A stretch of DNA of 64,000 bases from an uncultured virus (IMG/VR IMGVR_UViG_3300037502_002629) (Duplodnaviria > Heunggongvirae > Uroviricota > Caudoviricetes), in IMG/VR virus record IMGVR_UViG_3300037502_002629. One strand, given 5' to 3'. The notes below the pieces were generated by a model. That model worked only from the letters and a program-made list of their open reading frames with translations. It had not been told where the DNA came from and searched no databases. Shown here in pieces: positions 1 through 6,466 of this stretch (positions within the stretch are counted from its first letter, which is position 1; each line of letters opens with the position of its first letter). The translations under genes were made by a program, and so were the position numbers.

Positions 1-1
1 T

Positions 2-136
2 AGCATTTATGCTTTCGGACAATTTGGTGACTTGTTGTGCTTTAATGGGGCGGTTAATACCTGCCAGCAGATTAAGTTTTGTATTTGCTGTGGTATATTT
101 AACCTGCAATTTTGATAATGCAGTAGATTTTTTCAT
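2..136 (-). CDS. 5' part of a CDS running off the window start; possibly ParB-like/DGQHR-type N-terminal domain
   Basis: Own translation from ATG at 136: MKKSTALSKLQVKYTTANTKLNLLAGINRPIKAQQVTKLSESINA... with no stop. The NR-x-I...V-x-x-L-x-x-SI pattern resembles ParB-like N-termini. Same strand as neighbouring genes. Confidence 0.45.
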   Translation of the reverse strand, partial: MKKSTALSKLQVKYTTANTKLNLLAGINRPIKAQQVTKLSESINA

Positions 137-264
137 TTTGAATACCAGTGATTTAAATTTTATACTATTGATAATGTCAGTTATTATTGGTAACTTCTGA
201 GTATCTCATTCAGTTACACAGTTTGGTTAAGGGGGAGAGATTTTTTTGGTGCTACCTTTTTTTG

Positions 265-585
265 TCAGTGATTTACTTTATGACGTTTACTACGAATACA
301 TCCATGTAACAACATTCTTTTATTGATTTTGAGGATATGTTCTTTATCGCCTGGTATAACTGATGCGTATTCTTTTTTGAATACTGCACCAATAAGGCGG
401 TTTATAGCATAGCATATATCACTAAGTTCATCTTTGGATGGTTCACTAACAAATTCTTTAATCTCATCCCACAGGTGTACAAGCCCCTCCCTGATGGAGA
501 GAGGCTTGTAACATGGGCAGTACTTATGCATAATCTTCAGCGTTATAGGTATCAGTGGGGTCTTTGACATGATTGCTCCAATCAA
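265..585 (-). CDS. hypothetical protein, possible MazG-like NTP pyrophosphohydrolase
   Basis: ORF contains ExxE...ExxD (DEIKEF...DELSDICY), as in all-alpha NTP-PPases. True start may be downstream. Confidence 0.45.
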   Translation of the reverse strand: MIGAIMSKTPLIPITLKIMHKYCPCYKPLSIREGLVHLWDEIKEFVSEPSKDELSDICYAINRLIGAVFKKEYASVIPGDKEHILKINKRMLLHGCIRSKRHKVNH

Positions 586-1063
586 TGTACTGTACTACTG
601 TAGGGGAGACCACTGTAAATCCAGTGCGTAATATCATGTAGTAAATTCCATTAACATGGATTACATCACCTACGCAGGTACTACGCACGCCTAATTGATC
701 CCAGTGTGTACCCAGATCATTTTGCGCCATAGCGAATGCATCACTCAGGGAGTGAGCGGATACTGTACCTACCTTACTGTATTCATACACACCGCGCTCG
801 CAGTCATGATTAATTTCACCACCATAGGGGTGGTAAATATCATAATCTTCTAATGGATCAATAGCTTCATAGAAGTCGATCCAATAGCCATAGGAGGTGG
901 TTACCATAGCGTAGTATCCCTCGGGTACGATAAGGTCATGGAATTTCTCCTGAATAGCCTGCGGGTCTGTACATTCTACACCTTCGCATTGTTTAAGGAT
1001 ATGGTGCAGGGGGTGGTGGATATCTGATCTCACCTTACCGTAATCAACTAATCGTAATTTCAT
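524..1063 (-). CDS. YodL-like domain protein
   Basis: C-terminal RSTCVGDVIHVNGIYYMI...GF matches the RSxSVGDV...GF pattern of YodL-like domains. A/C-rich leader upstream. Confidence 0.55.
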   Translation of the reverse strand: MKLRLVDYGKVRSDIHHPLHHILKQCEGVECTDPQAIQEKFHDLIVPEGYYAMVTTSYGYWIDFYEAIDPLEDYDIYHPYGGEINHDCERGVYEYSKVGTVSAHSLSDAFAMAQNDLGTHWDQLGVRSTCVGDVIHVNGIYYMILRTGFTVVSPTVVQYIDWSNHVKDPTDTYNAEDYA

Positions 1064-1090
1064 GTGGTTTTTTTTTGTTGGTTTAACTGT

Positions 1091-1327
1091 TTAGAGTTCG
1101 GGATCTAATGAGAATTCATCTTCAAATGAGTCAACATGCTGATAGCCATATTGAAATGCAAACAAGTCAGATTGATAGACATGTATAGAACAGTCTTCAA
1201 CGAGTTGTTTATGGGCGATATAGCTTTCACGTTGTTCAAGGGTCCAACTAATTGGGAATTTCAGGTTTATCTGTTGGTGATAATCTGAGTTGTCAATAAC
1301 TGTGGCAGTGATTTTGAGGTGCTGCAT
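1091..1327 (-). CDS. hypothetical protein
   Basis: 78-aa ORF, co-oriented, AT-rich leader, acidic tail. Confidence 0.6.
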   Translation of the reverse strand: MQHLKITATVIDNSDYHQQINLKFPISWTLEQRESYIAHKQLVEDCSIHVYQSDLFAFQYGYQHVDSFEDEFSLDPEL

Positions 1328-1361
1328 ATTTCTTTAAGATTTAGTGTTATAATGCTATTGA

Positions 1362-1402
1362 AACAAGTAGCCCCCACGTCATTTGACGCAGGGGCGCTTG
1401 TT
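1362..1402 (-). terminator. intrinsic terminator-like hairpin
   Basis: AACAAGCGCCCCTGCGTCAAATGACGTGGGGGCTACTTGTT on the minus strand, just after the 1424 stop. Confidence 0.55.
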
Positions 1403-1423
1403 CACTGAAAAGCTATGAACCAT

Positions 1424-1618
1424 TTACGCTGAATACACTTCATCTGCTACTATTCCACTGATAGTGGAATTGAGCACAATCATAATCACCACGAATAATG
1501 GGTTATGCACTACTTCTGCATAATCCACCATGAATACAAAGCTGATGATAAGTGCGCTGATGAACGCTATGATTGTCCAACACAGCATAAAACCAAGAAT
1601 TGCTTTTAATGTTTTCAT
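1424..1618 (-). CDS. small two-TM membrane protein
   Basis: Two hydrophobic stretches. Likely start MKTLK at 1618. Confidence 0.65.
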   Translation of the reverse strand: MKTLKAILGFMLCWTIIAFISALIISFVFMVDYAEVVHNPLFVVIMIVLNSTISGIVADEVYSA

Positions 1619-1635
1619 TGTTAGTTTTTTAAGGG

Positions 1636-2052
1636 TTATATACACTGTTTGTCAATACTCACTAGTTTGTTGACTCTGTCTTCGATACGTACAGCGCGGA
1701 ATGGGCTATTAAGAAGCCATTCTTTACCATATGTATCCTTGAGGGCGGTGATCATGGGCAGTGGGCAAAATACTACATCCACTGCTTCGAGTTCATACAG
1801 AAAAGCATAACGTACAATAGCATCTTTGACTTCTTCGGTTAGTTCAAACTCCAGGCTGATGTCACCTTTATGATTAAGTTCTGTTTCTATGAACTCAATT
1901 TTGAGGGCATTAGCTGTGTCTGCATCGTGCGCGGGCAATACAGTTCCATCAGTAAACCTAAACTCGTGCGGGCTACTGAAGTTGGCTACTTTCTTACCAT
2001 TGGTGAGAGTAACGATTGGACTGAGGTCTGTTAGATAGGCTGTTTTGGTCAT
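1636..2052 (-). CDS. hypothetical protein
   Basis: 138-aa ORF with globular composition. Confidence 0.7.
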   Translation of the reverse strand: MTKTAYLTDLSPIVTLTNGKKVANFSSPHEFRFTDGTVLPAHDADTANALKIEFIETELNHKGDISLEFELTEEVKDAIVRYAFLYELEAVDVVFCPLPMITALKDTYGKEWLLNSPFRAVRIEDRVNKLVSIDKQCI

Positions 2053-2071
2053 ATGCTTGTTTAATTAATAT

Positions 2072-2174
2072 TGGTGGTCAAGGTTGGGCTCGAACCAACT
2101 TATTCGCTGTATCATCGGACGTTTACAGGATTTATCCATATTGCATCCCTACATCTGTAAGGACACACTTGACC
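2072..2174 (-). ncRNA. tRNA-like RNA (atypical or degenerate, possibly Tyr-derived)
   Basis: Acceptor stem GGTCAAG/CTTGACC, discriminator A and CCA. T-arm GTTGG-TTCGAGC-CCAAC. The 68-nt centre lacks a canonical D arm and anticodon arm but contains CTGTAAA. Confidence 0.65.
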
Positions 2175-2454
2175 AAAGAATGAACACCCAAGCCTACAAC
2201 AGTGTTCTGCCACGAGAGCATCATACGTTCATATGATCGCGGGTTTACGGGTATCTGACCTGACAGATATTAGTTCCCATTATACTGCACACCACGCGTC
2301 CGCGGTATAGCACAAGGTATACAAGACATTATAGCGATGATATATCGCGGGGCTTAGTCTTGCAAGTTGCGACCAGGTTTTGCCCACCCTGGCACAGCAG
2401 ATTAGATTTTTTCCATGATAATTGATTTTTAAGTGGCGGATAACAAGGACCTTT

Positions 2455-2562
2455 CTGCACTCAGTTGTAATTTCCAATTACATCAATCAGTATAATCTAT
2501 AACAGTACAAAGACTGAGATTAAATCTGTATCAGATTTCTGGCTTATTACAACTAAGTACAG
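2455..2562 (-). ncRNA. structured non-coding element
   Basis: 17-bp closing helix CTGTACTTAGTTGTAAT/ATTACAACTGAGTGCAG, with two G-U pairs on the minus strand, enclosing inner hairpins. Confidence 0.45.
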
Positions 2563-2570
2563 TATTTACA

Positions 2571-2798
2571 TTAATGAATGATGAGATAGTCTATACCTTC
2601 AGTTGAGGATTCTAAGTAAGGTTTCATGCACGCGGCGGGACACGTAAGGATCGCAACCTTATTAGGAAAGGCAACAATGACGCGGTAGCTGTCCCATTCA
2701 TTAAGCTTATACTTAGGAAACTCTCTAGGACCATATGCCCTGGCTTCCCATTCATCGAGATATTTAAGGTAGTTGCTTTTGATTAGTAGTGTGGTCAT
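2571..2798 (-). CDS. hypothetical protein
   Basis: 75-aa co-oriented ORF. Confidence 0.6.
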   Translation of the reverse strand: MTTLLIKSNYLKYLDEWEARAYGPREFPKYKLNEWDSYRVIVAFPNKVAILTCPAACMKPYLESSTEGIDYLIIH

Positions 2799-2823
2799 AT
2801 GTTATCTAGTGCCGCGTTTTTAG

Positions 2824-2839
2824 TGTTTCACGTGGAACA
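2824..2839. promoter_or_regulatory. parS: parS site (ParB/Spo0J binding)
   Basis: TGTTTCACGTGGAACA, reverse complement TGTTCCACGTGAAACA, matching the bacterial parS consensus TGTTNCACGTGAAACA. Intergenic. Confidence 0.8.
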
Positions 2840-2850
2840 ATTAAGTTGAA

Positions 2851-2885
2851 TGAAAGAGCGTGAGGGATGTAGACCCCTCACACTC
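2851..2885 (-). terminator. intrinsic terminator
   Basis: GAGTGTGAGGG-loop-CCCTCACGCTC followed by TTTCATT on the minus strand. Confidence 0.65.
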
Positions 2886-2925
2886 AATCACTTACAAGTT
2901 CAATCTCCTACTAAGTTAGTAGGGA

Positions 2926-3300
2926 TTACAGCGATGCATCACTCATGTCAATCGTTGGGCGAGCTACAGGTACAGATGCCACAGGAGTTTTAACTTCGTT
3001 AGCGAGAATTACTCGTTTGAGCTCGAAGTTTTCGTTGGTCATAGGTCTGTAAGCGTCTACAAGGACACTGCCCACCTTAGATTTACCTTTAACTAGCGTG
3101 ATTTGGTCACCATAGAACCTGGTGCTGTGGTACAATGGCATCTTACTCTCGCTATCTTCGCGGTAGTTAACACCCTGAGTAACAGCATAGTCTGCAAGTT
3201 CCTCTGGTGTACCTTCTACCACTTTGTACACGTACATGTCAATTGGTAATCCGTTCTTTGCAATCTTCGTGTACTGATTGCTACGTACTGCTTTAATCAT
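2926..3300 (-). CDS. hypothetical early protein
   Basis: 124-aa ORF with an A-rich leader, downstream of hairpin element 1. Confidence 0.75.
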   Translation of the reverse strand: MIKAVRSNQYTKIAKNGLPIDMYVYKVVEGTPEELADYAVTQGVNYREDSESKMPLYHSTRFYGDQITLVKGKSKVGSVLVDAYRPMTNENFELKRVILANEVKTPVASVPVARPTIDMSDASL

Positions 3301-3357
3301 TTTGTTTTTGTTTTTTATTGTTAGAATTAGTTGAATTATGACAATATGTATGTTACA

Positions 3358-3396
3358 ATAGGTGAAGAAACAAACCAGGCGAGCGCAGCGAGCCTG
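3358..3396 (-). promoter_or_regulatory. hairpin+box element 1 (putative vRNAP promoter)
   Basis: + strand: ATAGGTGAAG (3358-3367) and CAGG-CGAGCGCAGCGAG-CCTG (3376-3396). Confidence 0.6.
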
Positions 3397-3435
3397 TCTA
3401 CAGCTTGAAACTATTCTGATAGAACACTTGCACTG

Positions 3436-3566
3436 TATTAGAAAAGTACAAGCTTTTGCTTTGTTTTACCTTGAATCTTCTGCTTGAAGTAGCAAATTTC
3501 TCGGGAAAACACTTTACCTCAAGTTTGCAACTTGCTGATGTTCTAGAGACTTGTACTTTACTGATA
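3436..3566 (+). ncRNA. rod-like structured non-coding element
   Basis: Pairings 3436-3452/3550-3566 and 3487-3499/3521-3533. G-U pairs favour the + strand. Confidence 0.35.
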
Positions 3567-3610
3567 GAAAAATGCATGGGGAGAGGTATAAAACTCACCT
3601 CTCCCCTGCA
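3567..3610 (-). terminator. intrinsic terminator
   Basis: GGGGAGAGGT-loop-ACCTCTCCCC followed by ATGCATTTTTCT on the minus strand. Confidence 0.7.
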
Positions 3611-3617
3611 AGCTAAC

Positions 3618-3971
3618 TTACCATGAAAGCTCTGATTCGTAGTACTCGCGCTCGTCTACTTCGTGCTGATACTCAAGCTCGAGGTCATACGCGATAGGAT
3701 TCTTCATCCTGTTATACTTCGCGTTGAGCTTTTGTTGGGCATGTGCATGAAGTGCCTTAATGACACCTTGCACTACCCCGCGTGCAGTTTCACCTGTGCC
3801 CTGGTACAGAATCTCCCACTTGCCACTACTCAGGCGGTGGTAGCGAACGCTATCAGGCAACTGTTCAAAAGGAAAGTCGCGGTTTACGCGCAACTTGATA
3901 GTGGTTACTGTTACAGTACCCACTAGTACACTGTTAATGCCGTAGTTAATCTTGATGTTACTGTTAGCCAT
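3618..3971 (-). CDS. hypothetical early protein
   Basis: Likely start MANSNIK at 3971. Acidic C-terminus. Confidence 0.7.
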   Translation of the reverse strand: MANSNIKINYGINSVLVGTVTVTTIKLRVNRDFPFEQLPDSVRYHRLSSGKWEILYQGTGETARGVVQGVIKALHAHAQQKLNAKYNRMKNPIAYDLELEYQHEVDEREYYESELSW

Positions 3972-4075
3972 TGTTTTTGAGGGTTTTATGGTTAGTATAC
4001 ACTGATGATTCTTATTTGCATGCATAAACTTGAACTGACAAGTTGTAACTATTCAAGTTATACATGTGCGTGCTA

Positions 4076-4112
4076 ATAGGTGAAGGGACAAGCTGAAGCG
4101 AACGCAGTGAGC
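4076..4112 (-). promoter_or_regulatory. hairpin+box element 2
   Basis: ATAGGTGAAG (4076-4085) and G-CGAACGCAGTGAG-C (4098-4112); short outer stem. Confidence 0.55.
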
Positions 4113-4116
4113 GACC

Positions 4117-4156
4117 ATAGATGAAGATACAGCAGCGAGCGAACGCAGTGAGCTCG
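4117..4156 (-). promoter_or_regulatory. hairpin+box element 3
   Basis: ATAGATGAAG (4117-4126) and CGAG-CGAACGCAGTGAG-CTCG (4136-4156). Confidence 0.6.
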
Positions 4157-4169
4157 TCAGAGAGCGAGA

Positions 4170-4202
4170 GAGTGGGTAGAGACTAATTGTCCCTACCCAC
4201 TT
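4170..4202 (-). terminator. terminator-like hairpin
   Basis: AGTGGGTAG...CTACCCACT inverted repeat after the 4222 stop, with a pyrimidine tail. Confidence 0.55.
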
Positions 4203-4221
4203 CGCCATGAGGTGGCAGAGA

Positions 4222-4461
4222 CTAATCGTCGTCTCTTACCACCTCGAAGCCTCGCGTATCACCTATCACACGCATGCTTGCGTATGATATGTGACTGGTG
4301 CACCCGCAACCACAGTAGTCGCGGGTGATGTTGATGCTATCATCACTGCTATCAAAGTAACAGTGAGTGTCAACTGGCCCATTTTCGAGCCAGTTGATGA
4401 AAGCATTTGCATCCTCAACAGGGACGCTTCCCTGCTGAAGATAGTTTCTAAATTTTTCCAT
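4222..4461 (-). CDS. hypothetical early protein with CGCGC motif
   Basis: 79-aa ORF flanked by terminator hairpins. Confidence 0.65.
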   Translation of the reverse strand: MEKFRNYLQQGSVPVEDANAFINWLENGPVDTHCYFDSSDDSINITRDYCGCGCTSHISYASMRVIGDTRGFEVVRDDD

Positions 4462-4481
4462 GGTTCTTGTGCGTTACTGGT

Positions 4482-4518
4482 TAAAGAAAAGGGGGAGAGC
4501 GTTGTGCCCTCCCCCTTG
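4482..4518 (-). terminator. intrinsic terminator
   Basis: AAGGGGGAGGGC-loop-GCTCTCCCCCTT followed by TTCTTT. Confidence 0.7.
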
Positions 4519-4535
4519 TGAACCATGATGATGGC

Positions 4536-4931
4536 TTAGAGCCTAACGTCATCAGGGTCAACCGCGAGTTGTGGTCGCGGCGCAGTGGTTGTTACACCAC
4601 TGTTGCTTGCTTTGGCCGCACGAATTTGTGCGACCTCTGCGAGGGTTGGTCGATCCACAGGGTAGATCGCCAGCTGCCCTTTTTTGTTCAGGGTGGGCTC
4701 CCCTATCTCGCACTTCTCGCATATAGCGAGAGTCGTGCGAAAAATTAATAGACCCCTTTCGAGGTCTATTGTTACCAATGGAGGGAATGGCACTCCCCGC
4801 GCATCAACGCGAGGAGGCTTGCTCGCCTCATTGGTGTAAAATGAAAGTTGCTCGCTTGTGAGGTCAGCGAGCGCAACCTGGTATGACGCCATACCCGATA
4901 GCGTCAAACCAATGCGGTGCGCAATGGCCAT
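4536..4931 (-). CDS. hypothetical early protein
   Basis: Likely start MAIAHRIG at 4931, 11 nt downstream of the element-4 box. Confidence 0.7.
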   Translation of the reverse strand: MAIAHRIGLTLSGMASYQVALADLTSEQLSFYTNEASKPPRVDARGVPFPPLVTIDLERGLLIFRTTLAICEKCEIGEPTLNKKGQLAIYPVDRPTLAEVAQIRAAKASNSGVTTTAPRPQLAVDPDDVRL

Positions 4932-4942
4932 AGTGAATACAG

Positions 4943-4982
4943 ATAGATGAAGAAAAAGCATGAACGAGCGCAGCGAGTTCAT
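4943..4982 (-). promoter_or_regulatory. hairpin+box element 4
   Basis: ATAGATGAAG (4943-4952) and ATGAA-CGAGCGCAGCGAG-TTCAT (4960-4982). Confidence 0.6.
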
Positions 4983-4987
4983 AGAAT

Positions 4988-5022
4988 CCCACACACCACA
5001 GAATCCCTCTGCAGTGTGTGGG
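4988..5022 (-). terminator. terminator-like hairpin
   Basis: CCCACACAC...GTGTGTGGG inverted repeat just after the 5032 stop. Confidence 0.55.
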
Positions 5023-5031
5023 CGGATGGTC

Positions 5032-5154
5032 TCACGCGTTTATCAGCCTCATTTGGCTGATTGCGTGAGCGATCGCTGTCTTAATGCAGCGACCCACCCC
5101 GATGACCACTTGGCCATTTGGGGCGACCATCCTGACAGTCGTTAAGCTGTTCAT
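5032..5154 (-). CDS. 40-aa small protein (not in ORF track)
   Basis: MNSLTTVRMVAPNGQVVIGVGRCIKTAIAHAISQMRLINA. ATG lies 11 nt after the element-5 box; a hairpin follows the stop. Confidence 0.55.
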   Translation of the reverse strand: MNSLTTVRMVAPNGQVVIGVGRCIKTAIAHAISQMRLINA

Positions 5155-5165
5155 GGTGTATACAG

Positions 5166-5203
5166 ATAGATGAAGTCACACCCACACGAACGCAGTGAGT
5201 GTG
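5166..5203 (-). promoter_or_regulatory. hairpin+box element 5
   Basis: ATAGATGAAG (5166-5175) and CACA-CGAACGCAGTGAG-TGTG (5183-5203). Confidence 0.6.
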
Positions 5204-5290
5204 TAGCTTCAAGCAATGCAAGGGATTAGTTGCTTCCTCGATGTAGGTTATGAGGAAGCTCTTGCACTTGCATGCATTGCTGACTGATAC

Positions 5291-5329
5291 ATAGATGAAG
5301 AGACACGTCACACCGAACGCAGTGAGGTG
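5291..5329 (-). promoter_or_regulatory. hairpin+box element 6
   Basis: ATAGATGAAG (5291-5300) and CAC-CGAACGCAGTGAG-GTG (5311-5329). Confidence 0.6.
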
Positions 5330-5470
5330 AGAGCTAGCAGAGTCATTGATTATCTATTGGTTAAGAATTCTTTTTTGTTTGCTCCCTGGTTTTCAAAGCG
5401 CTAGCCAAAAGAGGTGGGGGTAGGCGGTAGAAATTTTGTTGGCGGGGATTGTTTCATTAGGTACCCCACA

Positions 5471-5543
5471 CATCCTCCAATATATCCACCAATATATCCT
5501 CTAACATGTGTTTCTAATATGTCTTTTAATGTATCCCTCTTAA
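5471..5543. repeat. degenerate ~12-bp tandem repeat
   Basis: cctccaatatat / ccaccaatatat / cctctaacatgtg / tttctaatatgt / cttttaatgtat / ccctcttaa. Confidence 0.5.
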
Positions 5544-5561
5544 AGTAATGAAAGGAAGAAA

Positions 5562-5594
5562 TTTGGAAAGTTTAAATTTATGTTTATATATTTG
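5562..5594 (+). promoter_or_regulatory. Bacteroidota housekeeping-type promoter
   Basis: TTTG (5562-5565), 21-nt spacer, TATATTTG (5587-5594), matching the -33 TTTG / -7 TAnnTTTG consensus. Confidence 0.7.
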
Positions 5595-5617
5595 TCCTAT
5601 AAACAAACTATCAGCAA

Positions 5618-5830
5618 ATGAAAAAGGCTAGTAAGTATAGTATAGGTAGTGTGTTCTACTTACCTACTATAAAGCAATATGTGATGGTGGTGACTCCTGT
5701 AGAGGCGGGGACTATAGTGCATGTAGTATCGGCGGGGGATTTAGATAAAACAATGAAGTATAATATTAGAACTAATTATTTAGAAACATGTCAGAAGAAC
5801 AAAAAGCTCAGCCCACGCGCGAGCAAATGA
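5618..5830 (+). CDS. hypothetical protein
   Basis: First ORF after the promoter. Confidence 0.55.
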   Translation: MKKASKYSIGSVFYLPTIKQYVMVVTPVEAGTIVHVVSAGDLDKTMKYNIRTNYLETCQKNKKLSPRASK

Positions 5831-6027
5831 TCCAGTGGTACAAAGATGAGATTGAGTTAGCATCACTCCGCGCTGAATTGGCAAAACTGCAACGGGATGC
5901 TACAGTATCAGAAGCAGAAAGAATTCAGGCCATTGGAGCTATTGCCCAAATGACCCAGGCGCCAGAAGAAGAAAATCCTAAACAAAGGAAATTAAAAAAA
6001 GAGACAGTAACAGAAGATGCAGATTAA
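5788..6027 (+). CDS. small coiled-coil protein
   Basis: 79 aa, helical heptad pattern. Confidence 0.7.
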   Translation: MSEEQKAQPTREQMIQWYKDEIELASLRAELAKLQRDATVSEAERIQAIGAIAQMTQAPEEENPKQRKLKKETVTEDAD

Positions 6028-6466
6028 CAAGGTAACAAGAAAAGTGAGGTTGGACTCTAGACTGGATGCTATAAAATATCAGCTCGTTACTGAGCTTATG
6101 TTTTTAAGAAAGCATCCTTTGATAGATACCGACCTCACTTATCTTGCCTTGCTCGTTGAGCTTGGGCCAATTCCTCTTAAAGAATTTTGCCACAAAGCAG
6201 TGCTGCATGTGTATGGTCCATCTGTAGTGACAGATGTTGAAAAACACCCTGTTAGAGTACAAACTGTACGTAATAGATTAGGTGTTATGGAAAAGCGGGG
6301 ACTCATTGTTAAGGAAGGAAAAGGTAAAAAGATCCTGCGCATTAACCCCAATATTCCTCTCACCAAAGACGGCGATATATTATTGGAATATAATTTCTTA
6401 TATATTGAGACCCAAGAAAACAAAAGAACTGATTCCACAGCTCGCGAAAGAGCTGGGACTTACTGA
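6017..6466 (+). CDS. putative winged-helix DNA-binding protein
   Basis: VQTVRNRLGVMEKRGLIVKEGKGKK resembles a recognition helix plus wing. Confidence 0.55.
   Translation: MQINKVTRKVRLDSRLDAIKYQLVTELMFLRKHPLIDTDLTYLALLVELGPIPLKEFCHKAVLHVYGPSVVTDVEKHPVRVQTVRNRLGVMEKRGLIVKEGKGKKILRINPNIPLTKDGDILLEYNFLYIETQENKRTDSTARERAGTY

Noticed and set aside
9..200. + strand ORFs in the early region (9-200, 3663-3926, 4291-4521, 4518-4748, 4960-5145)
   Set aside because: They overlap better-supported minus-strand genes or regulatory elements.
5081..5311. 76-aa minus-strand ORF
   Set aside because: Runs through two hairpin/box elements and starts inside one; the 5032-5154 ORF fits the cassette pattern better.
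3358..5329. Repeated elements as a CRISPR array or attC cassette array
   Set aside because: Spacing is irregular (about 40-830 nt), flanking stems vary in sequence, and there are no cas genes, integrase or GTTRRRY ends.
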